A stretch of 62,358 bases of DNA, filler included, from Nemertoderma westbladi (Eukaryota > Animalia > Xenacoelomorpha), in the NCBI GenBank assembly GCA_032718475.1. It is 3 parts of 3 records of this genome, joined end to end, with 100 filler letters (N's around TTAATTAATTAA, not from the genome) between each part and the next. Parts side by side here need not be neighbours in the genome. Positions count along the whole stretch, not along the records: positions 26,350 to 52,715 come from JAUCBJ010001207.1; 2 more parts are not named here. One strand, written 5' to 3'. A program made the position numbers and the translations under genes. The notes below the pieces were generated by a model. The model saw only the letters and a list, made by a program, of their open reading frames with translations. It had not been told where the DNA came from and ran no database searches. Of this stretch, positions 37,881 to 49,894 are shown one piece after another; position 1 is the stretch's first letter, and each line of letters opens with the position of its first letter.

Positions 37881-38439
37881 AATTATCAGTGGAGGGTGAA
37901 GGCGCTGGGCCAGGATTCAGTTATACTTGAATAAAGAATAGTGATTAAACCAAGGGATACGCGATATATGACACTGCTGTATAAGTTCATTGAATGACTG
38001 TTGATTTCGAAACAATTAATTCAAAACTATATAAATGTTAATATAATGTTGGATTTTTTTTGTAATAATTAACAGATGAATTATATTTCATTAATTTATT
38101 TTTTTTATCTAATCACATTATTAAATAACGAAGCAAAGAAATAATACTAAGATTGAATATTTAATTGAAGGTACAGTACCGAATTGAATATTTGAATGGG
38201 AGAATCTTTTAGGCTCGTTAAGCCAAGGAATGCCTGTTCACCACCATGGGTGATCTTCCACAGTAAACCCTTCCACTCTGTTTCCCAAGTTGCCTTGGTT
38301 CCCAATCGACCACTGAAGGATGGAAGCCGGGGTTGGGCTAGGCTGCAGCATTTAAAGCACTGTGCCCAAACAGTACTGCCCCATCTAGGGATCGAACATT
38401 GAAAATTTAAGATTGCATAAGATAGAGTATTGAATATTG

Positions 38440-38840
38440 AATATCTTCGGCCGTCATCCCGTTGGTGACTGCATTGGCAACCATTTCCACAGTTTCGATT
38501 GGTTTTGGCTCTTCAGTCCCCGAATAGACCGATGGTCGGCATGGTTGCTGTCCCCATGACTGAGGTTGCATTACCAACCAAAATTGCCATCTCCAGGCGT
38601 TGGAGCAGAAACTGGTGTGACCGCGGTTCGTGGGTGGCACTGTGGAGACGAGCCCCGATCTCCCCAGGAAGGTGGATGTCTCTGGACCAGGGTGGCCAAA
38701 AGGTCTCAAAGGCCACGGGGTGAAATAAATGGCCCCGGTCCATTAGGTCGCGATATTTAGAGTTTTTAATGCGCTCCACCCCCTTAGCTGAGTGCCCCTC
38801 GGCAATGATGGTTTGTTGAAGGTGGCTGTGGGCCAGTGGT
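38440..38840 (-). mobile_element. CRE-clade-like (restriction-like endonuclease) non-LTR retrotransposon 3' fragment
   Basis: LAHSHL..E..K..KY..L, FHPVAFET..PW, EIGARL...T.EPRS..FLLQRLEMAILVGNATSVMGT. Confidence 0.75.
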
Positions 38841-39356
38841 TCTAGTAATAATTAACGCAAAGATATGATTAGGTAGGCCTACGTGATATTACTGTATTAA
38901 TTTCTCAAACCAAACCTCCATTGACATCAAATATATCCAATTTCTCAATCCATACTAATCGGTATGTAATAATGCAGTAATGTACACCTGTACACTGTAA
39001 TGCAATACCGGTTATGTCAATGTCCAACCAAACAATGCATTGAGTGTTATCGGACCAGCCTCCGATAAATGTTAGGCTAACGGCACCTCGCTCTGTTGCA
39101 TCAGTTTTTGTAGTGGTCAGGTGGTCTAGTTCCAGGCTACCGGAATCCGTTATGCCTAGTGCATGATATAGAATCAGCACATCCTGACATCTGTGCAATT
39201 CCTGAACTCAGGCGAGCATTTTACAGATGGTGGTCTAATTTATATGGTCTTGTACAGCGAAACCGTGTATTATTTACAGATGTAGGCTAAATTTCGGGTC
39301 TTGTACCATGCACAGTACTGGTGGGCCTACACAGCTACTGCTATTTTGCCTAATAC

Positions 39357-39880
39357 AGGTCCCAGAGGTAAATCCTTACCCCACAGGCTGTTACCTCTCT
39401 GTCTGACAGCGCAACAGCCCTCTCTCGAAAATTGTCTGTCCAGGCAGATAGTAATCTACCAATAATGGCTGGTCAGGAGTAGAATACTACTCTCATCTCC
39501 AATTTGAGCGCACTCCATTGCGAGCTGCATCTAGCAGCAGGGGTGGTACAGGGCATGGCCCAGTAGATGAGCTGCAAAGCCAGTGGTGGGTCATGTGCTT
39601 CAGATTAGTTATGGGTGATATGCACCCTAACTGACTCAACTCATACACCCACCCTGTGGAATGGCAAACTATGGTGTGGTATTTGCCCCGAGAGCTGACT
39701 TGGTAAAAAAGCACCCCCCAACCCCCACTATGGATTACATTAGCAATGAGGAGGTTCCGGCAACTAGAGGTCAGTGGAATTACTAGACAGAATTGGCCTC
39801 ACAGGCGTCAGTTATCTCCTGAGAAGCTGCCTGTCGCCCTCCCTACTGGAGAGAGAGCCGCCAATAATTCTGTGAGTCCC
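39357..39880 (+). repeat. Dispersed GC-rich repeat, inverted copy of about 41965-42400; its first part also occurs inverted at 35395-35455
   Basis: Shared strings such as TATGGATTACATTAGCAATG and CCTACTGGAGAGAGAG in opposite orientation. Confidence 0.8.
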
Positions 39881-40274
39881 TTGGAGGCCAGATTGTGAGG
39901 TGGAGAGGGATTCTGGAATTGGAGGCTTTTTGATGCACAGCTCCACAAGCCCCAAAATATATGTAACGCTACTATTATAATATGTGTTGTGTTCAGGTAT
40001 ATAGCCATTCAGATACACGGCTAGCCCCACTACTTATTCGTTCTGGTAAATCTGATATTTGTATATAGTGTGCATATTTCTCCTATTGGTCGGCTCAGAA
40101 AGTCTGCACTCAAGATTCCAGATAGTGAGTAGTGTTGCTTTTGTGTTTGTGGGCCTTCATTGGCTACTACCTAGTGGCCGTCCTTCTGTGACCATTGTAT
40201 TTATAGTTTAGATTTAGTTCATTTGTAGGCCTAACCTTCATATTATTACCCTCAAAACCCCTAACTAGACACTG

Positions 40275-40447
40275 GTGCTTAGATCGTGGCTTTTCCAGTT
40301 AACATTATTCCACTTTGTATAAAACATGTGATGTGGTTGGAGAAAGCTGCTACTCAGCAGCAACCAATCGCGTTAATCCTGTTTAACACTGAGTCAATGA
40401 GAATGTAATATTGCTAACATGAAAAAGTTCAGGTTAACATTATTCCA
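40275..40447. repeat. Short dispersed repeat, inverted copy at about 43096-43279
   Basis: GTGCTTAGATCGTGGCTTTTCCAGTTAACATTATTCCA... matches the reverse complement. Confidence 0.85.
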
Positions 40448-41307
40448 TATCTCAGTATCTGTATTCACTAATCTATTAGGCCCTACACCTACCCTTGAGA
40501 CTGGCCTTGTCTGTTTCATTATACAAGTTATACCGAAAGTATTCAGGCGACAGGCAGAAGAACAGTAGGTACAGCAAAGCAAATTATTAAGAATTGAAGC
40601 AACAGTAATTACTGTAATCTAGTAGCCAATACCTAGGTTTTGTTAATTCAATACTTTAAGCCTTAAAGGGGCCTTATTCTTTCTCATGGTACAGTAGTTA
40701 CATGGCAGCATGGGAGCAGTAATGAGACGATTAAAAAAGTAGTGGAATGTAATTTATGCGATAATAAGTACACAACAACCTCTGTGTTATCGAGACACAA
40801 ACAAAAAATTGATAAAAGGAGAACCAACAGTGAAACTAAACCATTTCCACGTTGTCCAGCCTGCCAGCATTGTTCTTTTTGCTACTCGCGTTTCGGGAAT
40901 GCTACAGACAGACCTTGGACCAATTGAATGGATAGGATGTAGCATTTGCACGGGTGTAAACACTACGCCGACAACCGGCAACCACTGCCGATAACAGCAA
41001 ATATGAAAATGTAACCTGAGTTCGTAACTCTCGTTTATTGTTTTGGTTAGACTAACCTTCCACTGTAACCTGTTCCTTTCCCTCAATTAATAAATAACAT
41101 TAATTAGCTTTAATAATGGTTGTCGGCGTTGGCTGTCGGCGTTACGGCGTAGCATTTACACCCCATTTGCACGAAGTGGTTGGTATCATAAAAGTTGTGT
41201 GAATAAAACGCAACACGAGATTCGGGGTGATGAACTGATATGTGAGACCTGCATTTTTGCCCACATTGCATATTACTACGTGGCAAGTACTTCAATGAGA
41301 TATTGTA

Positions 41308-42560
41308 TACTACTACTACTACTACTAGGATCGGCATGCTGCATTGCAGCTGCATTTTTAAGAATGCTGTGCCGGCTTGTCAACAAAATTGCACCGCCAC
41401 AACTCCCTATCACCCATGACATTTGCTAGATCATCCGCATCTTTAAGGCCAGTGTCCTTTAAGATGCGTCTCAAGAAAGTCATGGGCTGTCCACCATGCT
41501 TATTCACTCCATGAGGCTGCCAAAGTACAAGATTATGCACTGGCTGGTCCTCACGGCGAAAGCAATGTCCTGCAAAGCGGAGGCGATTTTGTTCTAGTGT
41601 CAAGCTTGGGGGAACCAATGAGACACCTCCAATGTTATATAGTGTCTGGTTGGAGATGTGTGCATTGTACTTGACACAATGAACCCGGTGTAGCATTCTT
41701 GTGAATGTGCCATCCAGAGATTTGGTGTCCTCAGCAGTTAGCTTATCTGCCAAGGCAGTCAGCTCACCTTGTCGCATTGGGGACCCGAGTGTTAGGGTGT
41801 TTACTGAGGCTAGTCTACTGACTTGCCTCAGATTCACCAATGGCTTTGTTGGTCGGGGTGGAACATGAGAGTAGCCTCCAACTCCAGAATCCCTCTCCCC
41901 CTCACAATCTGGCCTCCCTGGTGACCCAGGGTTTGGGCCAGAAAGGTCCTCAGGAAAGGGACTCAAAGAATTGTTGGCTGCTCTCTCTCCAGTAGGGGGT
42001 GAGACAGGAAGCCGGTCAGGAGTTAACTGACGCCTGTGAGGCCGATTGTGTCCGGTAATTCCACTGGCCTCTCTAGTGGCCGGACCTCCGCATTGCTAAT
42101 GTAATCCATAGTGGGGGTTGGGGGTGCTTTTTTGCCGAGTCAGCTCTCGGGGCAAATACCGCACCCTGGTTTGCCATTCCACAGGGTGGGAGTCGCAATG
42201 GAGTCAGATATGAGGCCCATCACCCATATCTACTCTGGCACACATGACCCACCATTGGCTGTTGCAGCTCATCTGCTGGGTCATGCCCTGTACCCGTGCT
42301 GCCAGGTGCAGGTCGCAGTGAAGTGCTCTCAGAGTGGACATGAGAACACTCTACTCCTGACCAGCCATTGGTAGATCACCATCTGCCTGGTCAGGCCATA
42401 TACCCCTGCAGCCAAGTATATGGGTCCTTAATCCAGGACCAAGGGCGTCCTTATCCCAGAACGTAGGGGGTCCTAGTTACAGGACCAGATTTGCCCTAGT
42501 AAGAGGGTCTATGCAGCTACAGGTGGCACCTCCTTTATGCTGCATGGAGGTGGCAAGTTT
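41308..42560 (-). mobile_element. RTE-type LINE 3' end with (TAG)n tail, joined to a structured GC-rich upstream segment (probable internal deletion derivative)
   Basis: LDGTFTRMLHRV..RLRFAGHCFRR..LVLWQP..DTGL..MGDRELWR; (TAC)n at 41308-41326. Confidence 0.8.
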
Positions 42561-43681
42561 TCTTGATCAATGACCTAGAATACCTGACCTGACCTGACTC
42601 GTACATATGGAGGGAGCTCTACTAGCACTGATACTGCTCCCCCAGTGTACATAACACCCTTATAATTATTATTGTGCTCTAAAGTTCTATAGTATGTACA
42701 ATTATGTACATATATATTCAATATTCTACCTTTAATTACTATGAGTGCAATCATATATACTGTATATAGACGGAAGAGAAATAAATAAATTGAATTGAAA
42801 AAAATATATATATATATATAATGCAGCTGCAATGCAGATGCAGATGCAGATATTGTATAAGTACAGTATGTTTATTACTAAACCGGACTTAACTATAAAT
42901 ATTTCATTTACAGTTTACATCATTGTAATTAAACTAATCCACTTAAACTACATACGTTTTTTTTCTTGCATCTGTGCATATATTATGCCTGGTATTGTAC
43001 CATCAGACCATATAATATTTTATATGGCTTACTCGATTACTAACTGACTAACACTAGCAGGTAGCAGCTTAATTGCTGTAATATCTGATTACTTTGGAAT
43101 AATGTCAACATGAACTTTTTCATGTTAGCAATATTCCATTCTCATTGACTCTGTGTTAAACAGGATTAACGTGATTGGTTGCTGCTTAGTAGCAGCCCCT
43201 AGCAGGTTTCTCCAACCACATCACTTGTTTTATACAAAATGGAATAATGTTAACTGGAAAAGCCACGATCTAAGCACCCATCTAACTAGACCTCATAAGA
43301 GAGATAAGATCTAAGAGGTCTAAACTATTATCTTACCTTCTTACATACTTACCTGCTTACCTTTTACATACTTACATAGTTAACATTGATTTATTGTTAT
43401 CATTGCTGTTATTATCGTTGTTGCTCATTATGCATTAACATTGTTTAAAAGAAACATCTCGTTTTATTTACCACCATAATAGGTGAGTTGCTAACTTCGA
43501 GTATTGTCCTACAGGCGACAACGGTTCAAACGCATTGAGTGTGTATGACATCTAACACTGTAATATTATTTACCAACACGAACACAAGCATTCATAACAA
43601 ACATATTTAAGATCAATGGAGTGGAATAAAATAACACTTAGCTTTGCAATAAAACTTTGACTTTCAAATAATAAAATTAAA

Positions 43682-45574
43682 ATGTCAAGCACTGATAGCG
43701 ATTTGAGTCTAAAGTCAGAACCCCTCACACTGAACCCTGCAGTGCTCATACCACCTGCCACTATGCCTATGATAGCTCAATCAGTTTGCAGTAAGAAAAT
43801 TTGGGAGCGTTCAAGAATTCAAACCAGGCAGGTCTCCAGGGAGGCGGAAGAAGCTAGACTTGGCCAGAACCTTTCTGACAAACCAATGGATGGAGATAAG
43901 TCACTAATCACCAGGCCACTTTCATGCCCGACAACTGGTACAATGGTAAGTGAACCCAACACCCATCTGAACCTTATTAACTTTGAAGACGGCATTGGTC
44001 AAGGCCAAGGTCAGCCGTTTTTGGCAGATACTTCCCCAATCATGTTTACTCACTCCCAAACAAGTAGCGAGGAGGGAAGTTCCGATGCAAGTCAGCAGCT
44101 CAGTTTTAATGAGCCTCTCTTGTCTACTCCACAAGTCAGACTAGCTTTCCTGTTAGAGGAGATAGACAGCTACCGGCATAAGGTTGAAGAGGGTACATTA
44201 GCTAAAGAGAAAGCACAACTCGCCAAACAGGAAGCTCAACTTACAGCTTTCATGGAGAAGGAACTAGCTATAAAGCAGAAGTTAGGCCTACTAAAGCAAG
44301 ATGAACAAAACCATAAGGAAAGTTCTAGCTTACAACAAGGATGTGATAAGTCCTATAAGGGTACTTTTACTTCATCCAATAAGAGCATTTCCATGGATGC
44401 AGGTGGAAGTGTGAGGAGCTCAAAGAGTAAACGCAGGCAAGCCACCCAAGTAGTTTTACCAGACCTCCCTCCTCGAGATCGAAATATGATCTCTGGTGAT
44501 TATGCCAGCATGGTTTGCAGTTTCCACACTGGCGCTGCTCCTAAGCATTCCATGGAAAAATTGCCAGAGGTATAGAGCCGAATGAGCCTAAGCCTCTAAT
44601 AATACACGAGAATGTGACAGTAGATAAAATGTCGAATGAGGAGCACCCGACACCCGCTTATACACACAGCGCCTTCACTATTAAACCAAACGATAGTGGT
44701 GCTTCACCCGAGTTCATTGACTTAGTAGTAGAAACGCATAAATCTGATGGCCTGCTGAAGACCATGGCAGTAACCTCTTCAATAACCAGCAGTAACTACT
44801 TATCTCACTCTATAATCCCAAATGTTAAAACCACAAACATGCATGCAATATACTGTTCAAGTTACCCAAGCCATCCCATCAATGACATACTCCTGGCTAC
44901 GGGACCGTGGTTATTTATCTAATACAGTAGCACAATCTAGAGAAGGAAGAATTTATTTTGGTAGTGGGGTCTCACCAATAACTCGTTTGGAAAGGGAACC
45001 TCACCCCCCAACCACCTCGAAATATATTCCCCTATTACTTTGAGGGAGGAGCAAGTCCATGCAGAAAAGCTACACATTAGGGACATGCCAGTTATTGAAT
45101 TCCCAGTGACAACTGAAGTTGACTCATATCATAAACCATATCATAAACACCCATATTACACCAATCCAGATGATAGGCTGCCTCCCCCTGGCCCCGCTAT
45201 AAAAACCGCAATAGTGCCGGTAACAGGATATCGGGACTGGAATGAGACAATGCCGTTATCGCCAGGAAGGCGGAGATTTGTCCCACTATATAATAATGTG
45301 ACACCCCTCCCTCACCCGGAAGTTAGCTCATGGATGATGTGCCTCGCCACAGGGTGACTCACGCTATACCAGAGTTAATGCCTCATCATTCCCAGATGAT
45401 AGCACACCTAACAATTTTACCAATGCACCATTTCCAGACAGAAGAATCTACAAGCTGCATCCTGGCCAGGAGCCAGCTGAAGACCAATTGAAGGTGTGTA
45501 AGGAAAAATTGATCTCCATATTGAAGGATAATTAAGACCTACAGCAACAACTGGTTCTTTTACAGGATACAGCT
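43682..45574 (+). mobile_element. Decayed BEL/Pao-like gag N-terminal region, interrupted by a solo LTR
   Basis: Coiled coil KVEEGTLAKEK resembles QLDEGTALLEKE (10356 ORF); TAIVPV..YNNVTP resembles TAYIPV..QNITP near 1340-1530. Confidence 0.5.
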
Positions 45575-46697
45575 TGTTCGCGCTTTTAGACCTTTAACAG
45601 TTTAACCCACCAATTTTAGGTGTCTTCTAGTTTATAAATCGACTTTAGCCTATAACAAGTATTTGGTGAATATAAAGTTACATTAGCCGAAGCCAGCCTA
45701 TGCGCGACCATTCACCCACAGTTAAGGGAGACTGGATTTGGATGCTCTGACCTTATTGCGGTGTAGACTTACTGTATTATTCGATTGCTCGTTACTATAA
45801 TATCTCTGACAAATATTATTTACTTTCGGGAAATATTAACAGTTCCTTTAGGACGTGGCGCTCTAAGTATGTAAACAGAGTTATGACTTACACTAAACAC
45901 AACGGGGTGGCTAATGATTTTCGTATAAAGCGCATTCTTTAGGAAATGCTTTGTTATCGGTTACACTCCTGCACACTACCGCACACTGCTGCACACTGAT
46001 CTGCCGACCTTCACTAAATTTGATCATATATAAGGAGAATAGCAACTGACACATGTAGGGATTATGAAATAGCATTCAATTCACTCCAAAACCACTATAA
46101 TGTAAGTCGCAGTTGCTACAGGTAACTGGTCCCTCTTACCTTCAGTATATCAAGAAGATTGGGGTTTTATGATTATTTATCGATATTCTCCAAATATAAC
46201 AACATATCCATCAACTTATAACAATTAATAACCAACAGTAAACAGAAGTAAAATAATGCGGTAGGACAGGTATGTAAGGTGATAACAGTTATACGTTCCT
46301 ATAATAAAAGCCTTCTAATGTTTGGCTAAAGTCTGAAACTCAGAATAATTCCAAAGCCTCCCCGATTTCCCGTAGGCTTCTGTGCAAATAAAATGAAAAT
46401 CGCTCTGATTGGTCGAGTGAGCCGAACAAAGAAAGTTAAGAAAGCTCCACATCGACATCAAATCAGCTGATAGATTTCGTCATCTGAATTACACTGTGTT
46501 AAGAGTATTTGGCGTATTGCGGCATAAAATGGCTTGTTATGTCCGCTAAAGTACACATACAGAAAAAAGGGTTTTTATGTCCGCTAAAACACCTACACAG
46601 TACTTTGCGGGAAAAATGGCTTGTTATGTCCGCTAAAACAACTAAACAGTTCATTGCGGAGAAAAAATGACTGGTTATATCCGCAAAAGCCTTTACA
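45575..46697 (-). mobile_element. Solo LTR, family A, with 5-bp TSD
   Basis: CAGCT|TGTTCGCGC...GCCTTTACA|CAGCT; reverse complement of LTR-A; internal tandem copies of GGCTTGTTATGTCCGCTAAA at 46530-46690. Confidence 0.92.
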
Positions 46698-47148
46698 CAG
46701 CTAATATGCAAACAGATTCACAAACCAATGCTCGAGGGATGCTGATCCTGAAACGAGTGTCGGATGTGAATGGTATTCACATTCAGACAGAAAATACCAT
46801 GTATCAGGACATCAACAATTCACAATTGACAGACATCCTATTTAATTCATCAGCCATTCAGGCAGACGTATCAAAACACATGGCTCGTACTGAAGCCCGA
46901 CAGTGTATTTCAACAGGTCAAATAGTGAAATTTGACTGAGATGAATTAAAATGGCTATTTTGTAAGGACAATATAGGATCTAAGGTTGAATCAGTAATAT
47001 CACACCAAGAATCTAAGCAAGGCCGTGTCTAAGATCCAAAGTCTCACAACTAGATAGAGCCCAGGATCTAAGTTCGTGTCTACGATCTAAGGTAGCACCC
47101 CTGGTTCCCAGACGAGTTCCCCTAGAAACTAATATTATTGCTTTTCAC

Positions 47149-47259
47149 AGCTGGTTTCAGGTGGTTTACTGCTGGTTTCAGGTGGTTTACAGCTGGTTTC
47201 AGGTGGTTTCAGCTGGTTTCAGGTGGTTTCAGCTGGTTTCAGGTGGTTTCAGCTGGTTC
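47149..47259. repeat. 20-21-bp tandem repeat built of 10-bp subunits
   Basis: (AGCTGGTTTC AGGTGGTTTC)n. Confidence 0.92.
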
Positions 47260-49894
47260 AGTATTTTAGTTCATACCCTTTATATTTATGTTTTTACGTT
47301 TAACTAATATTATACAAAACTTCATTAATTAATAAATGTGGCTTGACTGGGTGGGTGCACAAGGTGAAATGAAATGAAAGATAAAACCTGGGAGTAATTA
47401 ATATGAGGTGGTTCAATTCAATTTAGTGACCATTTCTTACAAATGTCTAAGGATATAGAACTTTGCATAAAGTGGTATCATTATTATTATTATTAGGACT
47501 GTCTGTCATTTTGATCGAATTCATAGAATGTCTGAATTCTAACTGAAATTTTACAAATGTAAAACAATTATTTTAGCTCTAGCAGAAAAGCCAGTAGTAA
47601 CAAATTAGCTGAATTCTAGAATTTTCTACAACAAATTTCTTTGTAGTTAATGCCAGTAGCTCAAATAGGGATGTTATAGTATTTGGAGTGTGACAGGATC
47701 CGTGTTGGCCCCCAGAATTCCAACTGTTCGAAGTTTTAGAGTGGTTTTGCCATGCGCCACCCCGGCTGATATCTAACCTGACGGATTATCCTGGGCCGTA
47801 ATGCCGGTAAAATAAACTAGAGTTAATTGGTTTGACTTGATCTTAATGTTCGATACCGTCTGATTGCTGTTACTGCTAGCCGCCGGTAGATAAGATGATA
47901 TGTACAGTGCACAGCATGGTGGTACAAAACAATGCACACTCTTTGGGTGTTAAAATTCCAACTGCTTCCTAAATGCAGATTGTGCGTCAGACTTCCAACT
48001 CGGAGGTCACCAGTTCGATCCCACCTGGAGGTCATTGCTGAACAAAAAGTTATAATAAATGCAGATTGTGGCCTACTTGTAACTGACAAAGTGGATTACA
48101 ATAGGTGAACGCACCAATGGTGGCCTGGGGTTGATACACATGCCCCCTCCCATTGGCCATCCTACAGATCACTCCATGTGGCTATTCCCTAGGGCTATGT
48201 TGGCCCCTCCCTGGCTTACTGTAGGTGGACTGATTGGTCCACCTACTAGCTTGCCTTGCTCTACCCAGGTCATCTAATGTCACTTCCGGTACTTCCAGCC
48301 AATATACTTGCGGACTTAATCCGCTAAAATGGAGCTATTTCGGTAACCAATTTTGTCTAGTACCTTGGTTTGCCCTTTACTGAGCAATGGTAAGGTACCA
48401 TCATTATTAGTTCTACTATGATGCAATCTTAGCAGTGTGAAAATGCAACAATACTTAATCCAAATAATGCCCAAACGGTGCATATTAATGAATCACAATC
48501 AATTTCTCAAACATTTCTTAAATATTTTTATTCATTGATCAAGAAAGAATCCAGTGTAAGATTGACTACTGAATGTGATGCTGAATATGACTACTGATGT
48601 TGTAGTTGAAATTATTGACATAAATGACCATGACAAACATTCCTGGTAGGAGTCCTACCATTTGTCCGCCAATTTCACTGCCAATCGCTTAATAAACTGG
48701 AACCATTTCACAAAATGCAAAGAAGATTAGGGGGCTAAATGAAGACTTCATTGGGGATTCAGGGGGCTCAACTATTGCTTTTGGCATTACAAATATCCAT
48801 TAAGATCTACTCTCCACTGCTCATGTGGATCTACTGCTAATAGTTGAGACAACGAGATTTGATCATCCACTAGAACTGGTACTTCAGTGAAATTATTGAC
48901 TCAATGTCCACATTTATCCGGCTTGCAGTTAGAGCAGTTCTATGCAAGGCAACCACAAGATTTCCCAATCTCATCCACTAATTATGGTTTAGGCATAAGG
49001 CATATGTAGGATTCAGTATTTTCTAATAGGGAGAATAACTGATTACTGTTAAACTTACTATATAACATGCCGTTAGGTTGATAAATTGGTTAGGACTTTA
49101 AATACATTAAAGTCATGAAAAAAATAATGAAAAAAATGCTACTTTTAACTCAAACATTAACATAGTTATTAGTGATCTTCAATTTGCCCCAAATGATGAC
49201 TTTTTAAGTAGGAGTGATGTTACCGCTTTGTTATATGGTTGCGAGTTTTCTGGCAGTTCTACATATATGCTGCTAATTAAATTACTATTGGGATTGAAGG
49301 TACAGGCAAATAATCAGGTATGCATGCAAAACTAAACATAATTAGATTGATCGACAGAGTAACAACTGCTTAATGACGTTTCCTAAAGAGAAAATGTTTA
49401 GTGACAGACAATGAATGAAAAAAAACCCCTTCATCAGGCATTTATAATTGCTAAGCAACATCTAATTCGCCTGGATGACAGCTGTATGCGATTATCTCAT
49501 GAATATTACATCCATCAAAAAAAGGTAAATTCGAAACTCCATTCTGCATATAATTTTGGAATAATCTATTAATTATTAATCTTTACTTTGTCATTTATGT
49601 CCTCTCGCACTGCAGATTTGCACATATACCTAAATAATACATTACCAATAGATATACACGTTTGTGGGGCCATCGCGCAGGACGAGGGTCAGTTATTGGA
49701 TACCGATTAAAATTGAGCAATTCTATCCCAAAATCGGCACTTAAGAAATTTAAATAAATAATTAGGAAAATTTAACCAAACTTTTACTTTAAAAAAAACT
49801 TTCGCATTGGCAGCTTGGCATCGATGTCATAGAAGTCCACAGTCAAACTACTCAAAAAATTCAATGCATTCTTCAGTCCTCGGGTCTCGCTCAT

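Noticed and set aside
42500-42555. HDV-like ribozyme at the RTE 5' end
   Set aside because: Only two crossing helices are visible; no P3/P1.1/P4 or catalytic C context could be assigned
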